Source: Clostridiaceae bacterium (GTDB lineage: Bacteria > Bacillota > Clostridia > Saccharofermentanales > DTU023). Taken from it: 64,000 nucleotides of DNA. This document shows, piece after piece, positions 1 through 10,045 of this stretch. Location of the stretch: positions 276-64,275 of the forward strand of contig DUPV01000008.1 of NCBI GenBank assembly GCA_012838135.1, in the 5' to 3' direction. The notes beneath the pieces were generated by a model that made no database searches, was not told the DNA's origin, and saw only the letters and a list, made by a program, of their open reading frames with translations. The translations under genes and the position numbers were made by a program. How positions within the stretch are numbered: position 1 is the stretch's first letter; each line of letters opens with the position of its first letter.

Positions 1-2069
1 ATGGTCCATTTCGAACTTTGGGTTTCTTTACGAATTGTTAATAAAGTTGTTGCACAAGGCCAATGCATTAAAGTAAAGAGCAGTGTACTTATTGCAGTAA
101 CCCAAGTCCAACCGTTTTGGATTAATAGTTGACCTAAAGCGGCACCTTCCAACTCGATTAGACCGCCTTGTGCTGAATAGATCATGATTATGATTGGCAT
201 TACGATTTCATTTGCCGGCAATCCTAAGATGAAACCGATGATTATTGCTCCGTCCATTCCCAATGCTTTGCCAAACGGATCGAACAGGTTGGTAATCGAA
301 TGTAATAGAGTAGTATCTCCCATTTGCAAGTTATTTAAAATCCAAATAATAAGACCTGCAGGAGCAGCTGCAATTACGGCACGACCCAAAACTTTCAAAG
401 TGCGATCAAAGATACTGCGCACGATTACCTTGCCAACTTGGGGTTTACGGTAAGGCGGCAATTCTAAGGTAAACGAGGAGGGGATACCTTTCAATACAGT
501 CATTGATAAAATTTTTGAAATCAGAAGTGTCATGCCGACACCAAAAAGAATTGTCGCTACCAGGATTAATGCACCTAAGAAAGTGTTAAGTGAGCCGATT
601 GAAGATCCGACAAGAAAAATACTAATAATGGAAATCAGAATCGGAAATCTGCCGTTACAAGGTACAAAGTTGTTGGTTATTATAGCGATCAATCTTTCAC
701 GGGGAGAATCAATTATTTTACTACCGGTAACACCGACTGCATTACAACCGAATCCCATACACATGGTAAGTGCTTGTTTCCCGCAAGCATCACAAGCTTT
801 GAACAAACGGTCTAAATTAAAAGCAACTCTCGGTAAATATCCGAAATCTTCCAGTAAAGTAAACATGGGAAAAAATATTGCCATTGGCGGCAACATCACA
901 CTGACAACCCAAGCTACGACATTGAAAACACCGTGAATCAACATATCTATCAATATTGTAGGAGCACCGATTGCAATGGCTACATTTGCAAGCCAATTCT
1001 CAATACCGAATAATGCTTTTGCGAGTATTGAAGAAGGAACATTGGCGCCGGAAATTGTAATCCAGAATACTAATAAGAGCATTAAAAACATGATCGGGAA
1101 GCCCGTAGTTTTACTGGTAAATATTTTGTCGAACTTGCGATCTCTTTGATCGCTTGGTATTGCAGGTTCTTTAACAACACCTTGAAAAATTTCAATTGAC
1201 TTCAAAACAAAAACTTCTGCCATGGCATCTTCTAATTTCAATTGAGTAATGCCCATTTTTTTAAAATCATTTTTAATTATCTTTAACGTGTTTTTGACAG
1301 CAGTTTGTTCTTTGAGATCTAAACCAAGAAAATCGGTTAGAGAATGATAAAAACTTTGGTCACCATCTAAAAGACGAGCTGCAATCCATTCTGCACTTAA
1401 ATGGTTTCCTGTATAAGGCTTAATAACCGGAGCAAGTTTTGCAATACTTTGCTGTACATATTCCGGATATTCGATTACAGATTCAGGAGCAGATTTTGTT
1501 AATGCACCTGCCAAAGTATTCATTAATTGATCCAAACCTTGATTTGAACGTGCAGTTGTACCAACAACAGGCACACCTAGTCTTTTTTCCAGCAAATCTA
1601 AGTTTAACTGAATTTTTCGTTGACTAGCTTCATCTAACAAATTAACACAGACAACAGTTCGCTTGCCGGTTTCAATTATTTGTAAAACCAAATTCAAATT
1701 ACGTTGTAAACTGGTAGCATCACAAACAACAATTACCGCATCAGGATTGCCGAAACAGATAAAATCCCGAGCGGCTTCTTCTTCTGCCGAACGTGCCATT
1801 AATGAATAGCTGCCGGGGATATCGACCAACACATAGCCCTGATCATTTAATTTATAGTAACCCTGAGTATTTTCCACGGTTTTGCCGGGCCAGTTGCCGG
1901 TATGTTGTTTCATACCTGTTAAAGCATTAAAAATTGTTGATTTTCCAACGTTTGGATTGCCGGCTAAAGCTATAACATAATCTGAGTCGGATTGCTTTTG
2001 TACAGAAAGTCCGCCTAAAATATTAAAATGATTTGTATCTAAATTTGATGAATGTATTGTGTTTTCCAT
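1..2069 (-). CDS. feoB: Ferrous iron transporter B (3' end runs off the window)
   Basis: Manual translation from ATG at 2069 gives MENT...VIALAGNPNVGKSTIFNALTGMKQHTGNWPGKTV (G1/G2 GTPase motifs). The same frame at the window edge reads IRKETQSSKWT, typical of the FeoB C-terminal region. It is absent from the ORF track, consistent with having no stop inside the window. Confidence 0.95.
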   Translation of the reverse strand, partial: MENTIHSSNLDTNHFNILGGLSVQKQSDSDYVIALAGNPNVGKSTIFNALTGMKQHTGNWPGKTVENTQGYYKLNDQGYVLVDIPGSYSLMARSAEEEAARDFICFGNPDAVIVVCDATSLQRNLNLVLQIIETGKRTVVCVNLLDEASQRKIQLNLDLLEKRLGVPVVGTTARSNQGLDQLMNTLAGALTKSAPESVIEYPEYVQQSIAKLAPVIKPYTGNHLSAEWIAARLLDGDQSFYHSLTDFLGLDLKEQTAVKNTLKIIKNDFKKMGITQLKLEDAMAEVFVLKSIEIFQGVVKEPAIPSDQRDRKFDKIFTSKTTGFPIMFLMLLLVFWITISGANVPSSILAKALFGIENWLANVAIAIGAPTILIDMLIHGVFNVVAWVVSVMLPPMAIFFPMFTLLEDFGYLPRVAFNLDRLFKACDACGKQALTMCMGFGCNAVGVTGSKIIDSPRERLIAIITNNFVPCNGRFPILISIISIFLVGSSIGSLNTFLGALILVATILFGVGMTLLISKILSMTVLKGIPSSFTLELPPYRKPQVGKVIVRSIFDRTLKVLGRAVIAAAPAGLIIWILNNLQMGDTTLLHSITNLFDPFGKALGMDGAIIIGFILGLPANEIVMPIIIMIYSAQGGLIELEGAALGQLLIQNGWTWVTAISTLLFTLMHWPCATTLLTIRKETQSSKWT

Positions 2070-2146
2070 TTTATAAAAAATAATATTTATGATTATTTGT
2101 TTTTCCCTTAAGATATATATTTAGTTGATTGGCAGCTTGCATATGT

Positions 2147-2389
2147 TTATTGTTTGGTGATTTTAACCTTAATTTTGTCTGCATCTTCATGGCGTAAGGC
2201 AATAATTGTACTGCTGATTCGATATGCTGTCGGATCGCCTAAAGGGCTTATATTGACACAATCGACTTCGCTGCCCTCGACAAAACCTAAATCCTGTAAG
2301 CGACGACGCATTCCGCCCTCAGCACACAAATCGGTTATAATTGCTTTTGATCCGGGTAGTAATTCAGATAATGATATGTTTTCTGTCAT
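2147..2389 (-). CDS. feoA: Ferrous iron transport protein A
   Basis: 80 aa with the FeoA signature RRRLQDLGFVEG...SPLGDPTAYRI...IALR; directly upstream of feoB. Confidence 0.95.
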   Translation of the reverse strand: MTENISLSELLPGSKAIITDLCAEGGMRRRLQDLGFVEGSEVDCVNISPLGDPTAYRISSTIIALRHEDADKIKVKITKQ

Positions 2390-2426
2390 ACAATTCTTTC
2401 CTTATAGCTGTGTTTTTCCGCATTTG

Positions 2427-2440
2427 TTAGGTGTGCCTAA
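2427..2440. promoter_or_regulatory. DtxR/MntR-family operator candidate TTAGG-N4-CCTAA
   Basis: Palindrome TTAGGTGTGCCTAA lies just downstream of the feoA -10 box. A 10/14 variant overlaps the -35 box (2476-2489). Confidence 0.65.
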
Positions 2441-2450
2441 TAACAATTTA

Positions 2451-2479
2451 ATTCTAAAATTTATTATTGTGCATGTCAA
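2451..2479 (-). promoter_or_regulatory. Sigma-A promoter of feoAB
   Basis: Minus strand TTGACA (2479-2474), 17-nt spacer, TAGAAT (2456-2451). Confidence 0.7.
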
Positions 2480-2583
2480 GTGCGACTAACATAATAAGTC
2501 AAAATAATCGGGATCAAGGACAGAACAATATTTTTTAGCATAAGTTGCTGTGTTGTCATTCTTATTTTGTTGGTTTCCGTTTT

Positions 2584-3606
2584 TTAGAGCAGATCGGCGA
2601 TTTCGTAGATTAATTGTTCAGATTTTTCCCAGCCAAGACATGGGTCGGTAATTGATTTGCCGTAAATATTTTCACCGATACTTTGACTGCCGTCTTCAAT
2701 ATAGCTTTCAATCATCAAACCTTTGACGATACTATTTACATCTTTTGAATAGCGGCAGCTATGCAGAACTTCTTTGGCAATGCGAGCTTGTTCCAGATGA
2801 TTTTTGCCGGAATTAGAATGATTTGTATCGACAATTACTGCCGGATTTTTTAAATTTGATTCCGCATATGCTTCGTATAGAATAATTAAATCCTCATAAT
2901 GATAATTGGGAGTTGATTGACCGTAACGATTTACAAATCCGCGCAAAATAGCATGTGCCAGAGGGTTGCCGCTGCTTTTGCATTCCCAGCCCCGGTATTC
3001 GAACATTTGTGGTTGTTGAGCGGCATAAATGGCGTTCATCATAACAGTAAGATCACCACTGGTCGGATTTTTCATGCCAACCGGTATACCGACACCACTT
3101 GATGTCAAACGATGTTGTTGATTTTCAACTGAACGGGCACCGACAGCTACATATACCAGTAGATCATCGAGGTAGCTATGGTTTTGGGGATAGAGCATTT
3201 CATCAGCACAACTGAAACCGTATTCGATCAATGCACGCATATGCAATTTGCGAATTGTGATTAAACCCTTGGTTAAGTTAGGTTTCTCACTCGGATCAGG
3301 TGAATAGGACATGCCTTTATATCCGATACCTAAAGTACGCGGTTTATTCGTATAGATACGAGGAATGAACAGCAGTTTGTCTTTGACTTTGTTTTCTACT
3401 TTATGCAGACGGGAAAGATAGTCTAAAACGGAAGTTTCATTATCTGCCGAGCATGGACCGATTATTAAAATAAGACGTTGGTCTTTACCGGTAAAAATTG
3501 CTTCAATTTCTTGCTGGCGTTGTTTTTTTATTGCCAGAGCCTTTTCCGAAACCGGAAACTGAGCTTTGATTTCTTTAGGTAGCGGAAGTTTGCTGATAAA
3601 TTCCAT
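2584..3606 (-). CDS. aroF: 3-deoxy-7-phosphoheptulonate (DAHP) synthase, class I alpha
   Basis: Motifs IIGPCS, RIYTNKPRT, AVGARS, VGMKNPTSG, IVDTNHSNS, GLMIESY and SITDPCLGW. The paralog letter (F/G/H) is not resolvable. Confidence 0.92.
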   Translation of the reverse strand: MEFISKLPLPKEIKAQFPVSEKALAIKKQRQQEIEAIFTGKDQRLILIIGPCSADNETSVLDYLSRLHKVENKVKDKLLFIPRIYTNKPRTLGIGYKGMSYSPDPSEKPNLTKGLITIRKLHMRALIEYGFSCADEMLYPQNHSYLDDLLVYVAVGARSVENQQHRLTSSGVGIPVGMKNPTSGDLTVMMNAIYAAQQPQMFEYRGWECKSSGNPLAHAILRGFVNRYGQSTPNYHYEDLIILYEAYAESNLKNPAVIVDTNHSNSGKNHLEQARIAKEVLHSCRYSKDVNSIVKGLMIESYIEDGSQSIGENIYGKSITDPCLGWEKSEQLIYEIADLL

Positions 3607-3696
3607 TTTTTACTCTCCGATGTTTCAAATATGATAATACTCATACTAAACGATGTTCGGCATCAGTAAAGTACGCTATTAATTTCTATAATTAGA

Positions 3697-3724
3697 ATTG
3701 TATAGACAAAAAATAATCTTGCAA
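3697..3724 (-). promoter_or_regulatory. Possible sigma-A promoter of the DAHP synthase gene
   Basis: Minus strand TTGCAA, 16-nt spacer, TACAAT in the tyrA-aroF gap. Confidence 0.4.
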
Positions 3725-3833
3725 ATCTTTAGATAACTCTGTTTATATTTCAGTAACAAAAATAGTATATGATAATTGATTTTAAAGATTGTTTAGTGAA
3801 AAAAACAAGAATTAAGGAAAACGATCAATCTTT

Positions 3834-4694
3834 CTATTTTTGTTTGTCAAATTTTGAACGACGTTCGGTGGATTTACGCATTATTTTTCGTACAGTTTCA
3901 ATATCATCATTTTGCAGAGCTTGTTTTAATTTGGCAAATTCTGCTTCAAATTTTTCCATGTGTCTAATTAGATTCTCTTTGTTCAGCATAAATAATTCCG
4001 ACCACATTGCATCATTGATTTTGGCAATTCGGGTCAAATCGCGGAAAGAGTCTCCTGTATAATACTCAAGATAAGGCAAGTCATTGCAAGTCATTAATGA
4101 GATAGCAATACAATGGGTTAATTGTGATAAAAAACCGATCATATTGTCATGTTCTTCCGGTGATAATCTGGAAACTGAAGCAAAACCCAATATATGACCG
4201 AGTTGTTCGCAGACTTCAATCGCTTGTGGAGAATTGTTTTCTGTCGGTGTAACAATGTAATTTGCATCTTTGAAAATTTCATCTGTGGCATTTTCAACTC
4301 CATAGACTTCACGACCCGCCATCGGATGCGCTGCAATAAATTCAACTCCTTCGGGCAAAAGGGATTCGATTTTGTAAATAATAGAAACTTTAACCCCTGT
4401 GACATCGGTGATTAAAGTATCTTTTGAAATATAATGTCCGTATTGCTGAATCCATTCCAAAAAAGTATGTGGATAGAGTGCAAAAATCAGCAAGTTAGAA
4501 TCAGAAATTAATTGAGGATCAGGCGTAATTGTTCCGGATTCGATAAAGTTATTTTCAATTGCATAATCGATTGATTTTTGGCTTGTAGTAATTGCCCTTA
4601 CTTTGTATCCTTGTTTGGTCAATGCCATTGCATAACTGCCGCCGATCAGACCTAAGCCGATGATTAGAATTTTGGTGTCTTTTGTCAAATTCAT
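3834..4694 (-). CDS. tyrA: Prephenate dehydrogenase
   Basis: Rossmann motif IIGLGLIGGS plus TDVTGVK, HPMAGRE, EEHD...SQLTH and GDSFRDLTRIA. Confidence 0.93.
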   Translation of the reverse strand: MNLTKDTKILIIGLGLIGGSYAMALTKQGYKVRAITTSQKSIDYAIENNFIESGTITPDPQLISDSNLLIFALYPHTFLEWIQQYGHYISKDTLITDVTGVKVSIIYKIESLLPEGVEFIAAHPMAGREVYGVENATDEIFKDANYIVTPTENNSPQAIEVCEQLGHILGFASVSRLSPEEHDNMIGFLSQLTHCIAISLMTCNDLPYLEYYTGDSFRDLTRIAKINDAMWSELFMLNKENLIRHMEKFEAEFAKLKQALQNDDIETVRKIMRKSTERRSKFDKQK

Positions 4695-5956
4695 TTAATA
4701 TACTCCAATTCTATCCCGAGTTGCTCAATTATTTCAAAAAAGTCGGGGTAACTTTTGTTTACGGCTTCTGTGTTTTCAATGATGCCGCCGGTGATTGAAC
4801 AGAGTATTGCCAAGGACATTACAATTCGATGGTCATTATGTCCAGCTAAGATTTCGTTGGGAGTTTTTAATGTACCCGGCATAATTTGCACCGAGTTTTC
4901 TTTTACGATTACTATACTGCCGAATTTTGCTAATTCTGCCGCCATTGCATTGGCCCTGTCGCTTTCTTTGATTGCAAGTCTTTGAGTATCGATAAAAGTT
5001 GCACCGTTGAAAGCTGCGGCTACAGAAAATAGAATCGGACCTAAATCCGGGCAATTTTTTAGTGAAATTAGCGGATTACCCTTGGTTAATTGTGTGAAAA
5101 ATTCAGGATATACGGCATCACCTTGCAAACTGTCGATTTTTAACCCTTTAACTTCAACTTTTCCGCCGAATAAATTAAATGCTGACAAAAATGCAGCGTT
5201 AGAATAATCACCTTCAACAGTTTTATTACCTGATTTAAATTTCTGATTGCCTTGAATTGTTATGTTAATTCCCTCATTTTGCACATTTTGTAGATGTTTT
5301 GCTTTTAGCATGTTTTCTGAAGTTTGGATATTGGAAGAAACATCAATCCCAAATTCCTGAAGTGCTGCAATAGTCATTAAAATGTAGGAAAAGCTTTCAA
5401 TCGGCGGTGTAATATTCAAAAGGCTATCTCCGTGCAGCAAGGGAAGAGCAAATAGTAAACCGGTTACAAATTGACTGCTGATATTTCCGGGAATTCTATA
5501 TTGTCCATGAGTTAAAGGTCCTTGCACTGTTATGCCGGTTGCTTGATGTTCAAAAAGATAATTTCGCTCTTGTGCAATGTGATGATATACGTCTAATGGT
5601 CGTTTCAGCAAGTATTTACTTCCGGTCAAGTTGATTTTATTGCCGTTCACTAAAGCCAAAGGTAAAAAGAAACGCAAAGTGCTTCCGCTTTCACGGCAAT
5701 TTAAGTTACCCCGTGGTATACAATTTTTTAGATTTGTACCATGAATAGCAATAGTTTTGTTATTTATCTTCCACTTGACGCCCAGAGCTTGCAAACAATC
5801 TAAAGTGGCGGATATATCCTCGCTCAATACAATATTATTAATTTGACTCTGACCTTCGGCTAAACCTGCACAAATCAATAAACGATGTGCCATACTTTTG
5901 GAAGGAGGAGCAGTTACGCAACCTTTAGCTAGTGATGGTTTGATTTTGATTTTCAT
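4691..5956 (-). CDS. aroA: EPSP synthase (3-phosphoshikimate 1-carboxyvinyltransferase)
   Basis: Motifs PPSKSMAHR, ESGSTLRF, SSQFVTGLL, KESDR and HNDHRIVMS. Confidence 0.95.
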   Translation of the reverse strand: MKIKIKPSLAKGCVTAPPSKSMAHRLLICAGLAEGQSQINNIVLSEDISATLDCLQALGVKWKINNKTIAIHGTNLKNCIPRGNLNCRESGSTLRFFLPLALVNGNKINLTGSKYLLKRPLDVYHHIAQERNYLFEHQATGITVQGPLTHGQYRIPGNISSQFVTGLLFALPLLHGDSLLNITPPIESFSYILMTIAALQEFGIDVSSNIQTSENMLKAKHLQNVQNEGINITIQGNQKFKSGNKTVEGDYSNAAFLSAFNLFGGKVEVKGLKIDSLQGDAVYPEFFTQLTKGNPLISLKNCPDLGPILFSVAAAFNGATFIDTQRLAIKESDRANAMAAELAKFGSIVIVKENSVQIMPGTLKTPNEILAGHNDHRIVMSLAILCSITGGIIENTEAVNKSYPDFFEIIEQLGIELEYIK

Positions 5957-6078
5957 GAGAATCTTTCTAGTATGAGTGTTGTTTAATCCATGGATTTTAC
6001 TGAACAGAATTAATACTTAATCCTGAGAAAATTTCCAAACGTTAATGTTATTTAGTGCCAATAATTACAACTGCAATT

Positions 6079-6525
6079 CTAATCGTTTGAAGCTTTGATC
6101 TGCTTAGCCAGCAAATCGATGGCTTCAAGGTATCCTTCAATCCCCTTGCCGGATATAGTTGCAATGCAGGCTTCTCTAACATAACTGATTTGACGATAAG
6201 CTTCGCGCTCTTCGATTTTCGAGATATGTACTTCAACAGTAGGAATTGATACAGCTTTGATCGCATCCAGTAATGCAATACTTGTATGGGTATACCCACC
6301 GGGGTTAAAAACAATACCATCAATTTTTTCAAAATATGCATCTTGAATTTTATCGATTAGATCACCCTCGTGATTTGATTGCAAAAATATAACTTCATAA
6401 TTATTTTTGCTGCAATGCTCATTAATACGATTCACTAAATTGCTATACGTTTCCGAACCGTATTGATCCGGTTCACGAATACCCAGCATATTCAGATTTG
6501 GTCCGTTTAATACTAAAAATTTCAT
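6079..6525 (-). CDS. aroQ: Type II 3-dehydroquinate dehydratase
   Basis: Motifs LNGPNLNMLGIREP, QSNHEG, NPGGYTHTS and EVHIS. Confidence 0.96.
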   Translation of the reverse strand: MKFLVLNGPNLNMLGIREPDQYGSETYSNLVNRINEHCSKNNYEVIFLQSNHEGDLIDKIQDAYFEKIDGIVFNPGGYTHTSIALLDAIKAVSIPTVEVHISKIEEREAYRQISYVREACIATISGKGIEGYLEAIDLLAKQIKASND

Positions 6526-6570
6526 TTAGTTCCTCTAGGCAGTATATTAAATAATTTTTATCGTTCTAAA

Positions 6571-7683
6571 TTACTTCGCGATCCAATCCGTGCCGTAACG
6601 CAATGCATAAACGTCACATAAAATCAAAGCAGTCATTGCATTAACAACCTCCCGAGCACGATGAACAATTGCCGGATCGTGGCGACCGTGTATTTCTAAA
6701 GTGGTATTTTTCTTTTGTAAAATATCTATGGTAGGTTGTGGTTTTGAAATAGAAGAAGTAGGTTTAATTGCGGTTTGATAGAGCAAAGGCATGCCATTAG
6801 AAATACCGCCGTTAATTCCACCATTGTGATTCGACAAAAAAGCAATATTGCCATCATGTATGACTGGCGAATCATTAACTTGACTGCCTTTTTTATCGGC
6901 AAAATCAAATCCCAGACCAAAAGAAACTCCTTTAACGGCGGGAATTGAGAAAAGTCCGTGGGCTAATATGCTTTCCAGAGTATCAAACCAAGGTTCACCC
7001 AAACCGGCGTCGATTCCGAGTACACATGTTTCTAAAATTCCGCCGACGCTATCTGATTCGTTTTTTGCATCAAGGATAGCTTGTTGCATAAGTTCACCTT
7101 TAACATTGTTTATAACAGGAAATACTTTAACCGAAACATCTTTTACTTGTTGTTTGAGTTCGGGAGAATTTTGTCGATAATCGGCAAAACTATCATCAGA
7201 TATGCCGGCACATTCTTTAATATGTGTACCGATGAAAATATTTTTTTGTTCAAGGGCATGCATACAAATGGCACCGGCACAGACTAAAGCTGCGGTAATT
7301 CTTCCGGAAAAATGTCCGCCGCCACGGATATCCTGATAGCCGTGATATTTGGTATATGCAGTATAATCAGCATGTCCGGGACGCAGGAGATGTTCAGTTA
7401 TTTGATAGTCTTTGCTTCTGGTATCCATATTAGGGATAACAATTCCGATCGGAGTTCCGGTAGTGATACCATTGTGTATACCACTGACAAATTCGAATTG
7501 ATCAGTTTCACTTCTCGGAGTTGAGATATTACTTCTTGCCGAGCGTAAGGATAGTCTCGTTCTGATATATGCTTCATCTATTTTGATTCCCGGAGCCAAT
7601 CCGTCAAGTACGGCACCGATTGCCTGACCGTGACTTTCTCCGAAGAGGGTAATAGCTACACTTTGTCCAAAAGTATTTTTCAT
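6571..7683 (-). CDS. aroC: Chorismate synthase
   Basis: Motifs GESHG, RPGHAD, GGGHFSGR, GGINGGISNG and GRHDP. Confidence 0.96.
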   Translation of the reverse strand: MKNTFGQSVAITLFGESHGQAIGAVLDGLAPGIKIDEAYIRTRLSLRSARSNISTPRSETDQFEFVSGIHNGITTGTPIGIVIPNMDTRSKDYQITEHLLRPGHADYTAYTKYHGYQDIRGGGHFSGRITAALVCAGAICMHALEQKNIFIGTHIKECAGISDDSFADYRQNSPELKQQVKDVSVKVFPVINNVKGELMQQAILDAKNESDSVGGILETCVLGIDAGLGEPWFDTLESILAHGLFSIPAVKGVSFGLGFDFADKKGSQVNDSPVIHDGNIAFLSNHNGGINGGISNGMPLLYQTAIKPTSSISKPQPTIDILQKKNTTLEIHGRHDPAIVHRAREVVNAMTALILCDVYALRYGTDWIAK

Positions 7684-7797
7684 TTTATTCTCCCGATTAA
7701 TCTTAAGAGATTAACTGCTCGCCTAATCATTATCTAGGATCTAATGGTTTTCTAATAATCGTATTGTCGAATTATCGAAGATTATCAGTCAACAAAC

Positions 7798-8799
7798 TTA
7801 AACATTCATTAACAAAGTTTTCAAATCGGCAATGGAAATTTTGTTTAATTCAAAGCTGCCGATTTGCGGAACGGAAACGATCGTTATTTGATCTCCGTCG
7901 GCTTTTTTATCATGCAAAATTGATTGATAAATCAGATCCGGATTAAGAGCGATTTCAGTCGGTAAACCGTATTTGTGCAAAACTATTTTTAGCTTTTCTT
8001 GCACTTGCTCGCCGGAAAAATATAACATACCAAGTGCAATACATTCTCCATGATAAAGTTCGCCGGAAGAATTTGCCTCGATTGCATGTCCGATCGTATG
8101 TCCGAAATTGAGAACTTGCCTTAAACCGGCTTCTTTTTCATCTTGTTCTACGACAGAGATTTTGATTTTCAAACTTTCTGCTATTACTTTTTCGATATTT
8201 TGCCAAGCATCTTGCTCCATTAAATAATTGAAAAAATCAGCATTGGAAGTAGCTGCCATTTTGATAGCTTCTGCTATTCCGCTTGTCTTTTGACGCTCAG
8301 ACAATGTTGTCAGCACGTTAGGATCTATTAGCACCTTTTCAGGTTGATAAAATGCTCCGATAATGTTTTTAACCTGTTGCATATTGATCGCAGTTTTACC
8401 GCCGACCGATGAATCGATTTGTGAGAGTAAAGTAGTCGGGATATTATAGAAATCGATGCCCCGCATATAACTTGCTGCGACAAAACCGGCAAGATCCCCG
8501 ACCACACCGCCGCCTAAACCGATGATAGCATCTGTTCTGGTAAAATTATTATCAATCAAAACATTACATAAAGTTATAAATTGCTCAATGTTTTTATTGT
8601 TTTCACCTTGGGGAATTATTTCGACTACATAATTTTCACATTGTTTGGCAATAGTTTCAATATAATGAGCAGGAATACCGGAATCACTTACTATTAAAAC
8701 TTTACGATTTAAATTGAATTCTAAAGATGCTTGGTTTAAGCAACCTTTTTGAATGAGGATTTCATAACTGTTCTGGCCTAAATTGACATTCAAACGCAT
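7798..8799 (-). CDS. aroB: 3-dehydroquinate synthase
   Basis: Motifs GGGVVGDLAGF, PTTLLSQIDSSVGGKTAIN, LNFGHTIGHA and HGECI. Confidence 0.96.
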   Translation of the reverse strand: MRLNVNLGQNSYEILIQKGCLNQASLEFNLNRKVLIVSDSGIPAHYIETIAKQCENYVVEIIPQGENNKNIEQFITLCNVLIDNNFTRTDAIIGLGGGVVGDLAGFVAASYMRGIDFYNIPTTLLSQIDSSVGGKTAINMQQVKNIIGAFYQPEKVLIDPNVLTTLSERQKTSGIAEAIKMAATSNADFFNYLMEQDAWQNIEKVIAESLKIKISVVEQDEKEAGLRQVLNFGHTIGHAIEANSSGELYHGECIALGMLYFSGEQVQEKLKIVLHKYGLPTEIALNPDLIYQSILHDKKADGDQITIVSVPQIGSFELNKISIADLKTLLMNV

Positions 8800-9911
8800 T
8801 GTTCAGCCGCCTTTTGTTCTACGAAAGAACCGATCATTTTAACTTGATTACAGCATACTTGTAGTGCTTCAAGCATGTCCTGACCGTCAGGTGTATAAAT
8901 ATTACCATCTGCTTCAGCGTAAAAATAATATTGCCACATCAGTTCCGGCATGGGTCTGCTACGCAAAGTTCGCAGATTATATCCATGAGCGCCGATGATA
9001 TTCAAAGCTCTGGCTAAAGAACCGGCCTCATGAGCAACAGTAAACATTAAAGCAAAATGTACGTCGTTATTATTACTGATCGAGCGGTTTTCTGAAGCAC
9101 TGAGAATTGCAAAGCGGGTTGTGTTCGATTTTTCAGTATTTATACCGGCGGCCAAGGTTTCCAAACCGTAAAGCTCTGCGCTGTCTTTGCTGGCTATTGC
9201 TGCAATACAGGGATCATTTTGTTTTGCTACGTATTGAGCAGCTGTAGCTGTATTATCTGTGGCAATTTGTTTCAGATTATTATCTTTGATGAACTTAGTA
9301 CATTGATCAAGTGCCTGCGGATGACTGATTACAGTTTTGATATCTTCGAATTTGCTACCCGGTAAACCGATCAAGTCATGTGTAATGGTTAATTCATAGG
9401 TAGCATTGATAAATAACGGACCGGAAAACAGTAAATCCGTAACTTGACCGACTTCACCGGCGGAACTGTTTTCCAGAGGTAAGACAGCAATGTCACATTC
9501 TCCTTCAACTACAGCATCATAAGTTGCCTTGAAACCGTTATAAGATTCTTTGAGGGCTGTTGGAAAGAGCTTGCGTGCGGCAATATGTGCATAAGCACCT
9601 TCAATGCCGCTATATCCTATTTTCATTCCGCTCAGTAATCTGTTCTGATATGACCTGGAAATGCGCATTGTTTGACGTAAAAAATCTGCATAATAACCTT
9701 TCAAGACTTCATCCTGAATCCAATCTGAATTGTTGCGAATCATTTCTTCTTCACGTTCCTGATCATAAACCTGCAGACCGTGCTCTTGTTTGTAAGCAGC
9801 AATTCCTTCAGCTAATTTCATACGTTGTTCGAAAAGATCAGCCATTTGACGGTCAACTTGATTGATATTTTCCCTGGATTGTTTTAAATCATTACTCATA
9901 ATGTTCCCCAT
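8790..9911 (-). CDS. pheA: Bifunctional chorismate mutase / prephenate dehydratase
   Basis: N-terminal chorismate mutase domain (RENINQVD), prephenate dehydratase motifs PLENS, SHPQAL and NTTRF, and a C-terminal ACT domain. The true start may be ATG 9899. Confidence 0.93.
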   Translation of the reverse strand: MGNIMSNDLKQSRENINQVDRQMADLFEQRMKLAEGIAAYKQEHGLQVYDQEREEEMIRNNSDWIQDEVLKGYYADFLRQTMRISRSYQNRLLSGMKIGYSGIEGAYAHIAARKLFPTALKESYNGFKATYDAVVEGECDIAVLPLENSSAGEVGQVTDLLFSGPLFINATYELTITHDLIGLPGSKFEDIKTVISHPQALDQCTKFIKDNNLKQIATDNTATAAQYVAKQNDPCIAAIASKDSAELYGLETLAAGINTEKSNTTRFAILSASENRSISNNNDVHFALMFTVAHEAGSLARALNIIGAHGYNLRTLRSRPMPELMWQYYFYAEADGNIYTPDGQDMLEALQVCCNQVKMIGSFVEQKAAEQCV

Positions 9912-9927
9912 ATCTTTGTAATTGTAA

Positions 9928-9990
9928 TGTATTAATATACAGACTTATTTTCTCATATCTATTTTGTTATATAATTGTATTAATATACAG
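9928..9990. repeat. Twin 15-bp direct repeat TGTATTAATATACAG, each a TGTAT-N4-ATACA palindrome (operator candidate)
   Basis: Exact copies at 9928-9942 and 9976-9990 in the pheA upstream region. Confidence 0.75.
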
Positions 9991-10045
9991 CTTTATGCAT
10001 TTTTTATAAAGCTAAAAACATTAACTATGTGAAATTTATTTTAAA

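Noticed and set aside
9928-9990. The twin motif read on the minus strand (CTGTATATTAATACA) resembles a gammaproteobacterial LexA box (CTGT-N8-ACAG)
   Set aside because: The last base does not match, Bacillota LexA recognises GAAC-N4-GTTC, and the downstream genes are not SOS genes. Kept only as an unknown operator.
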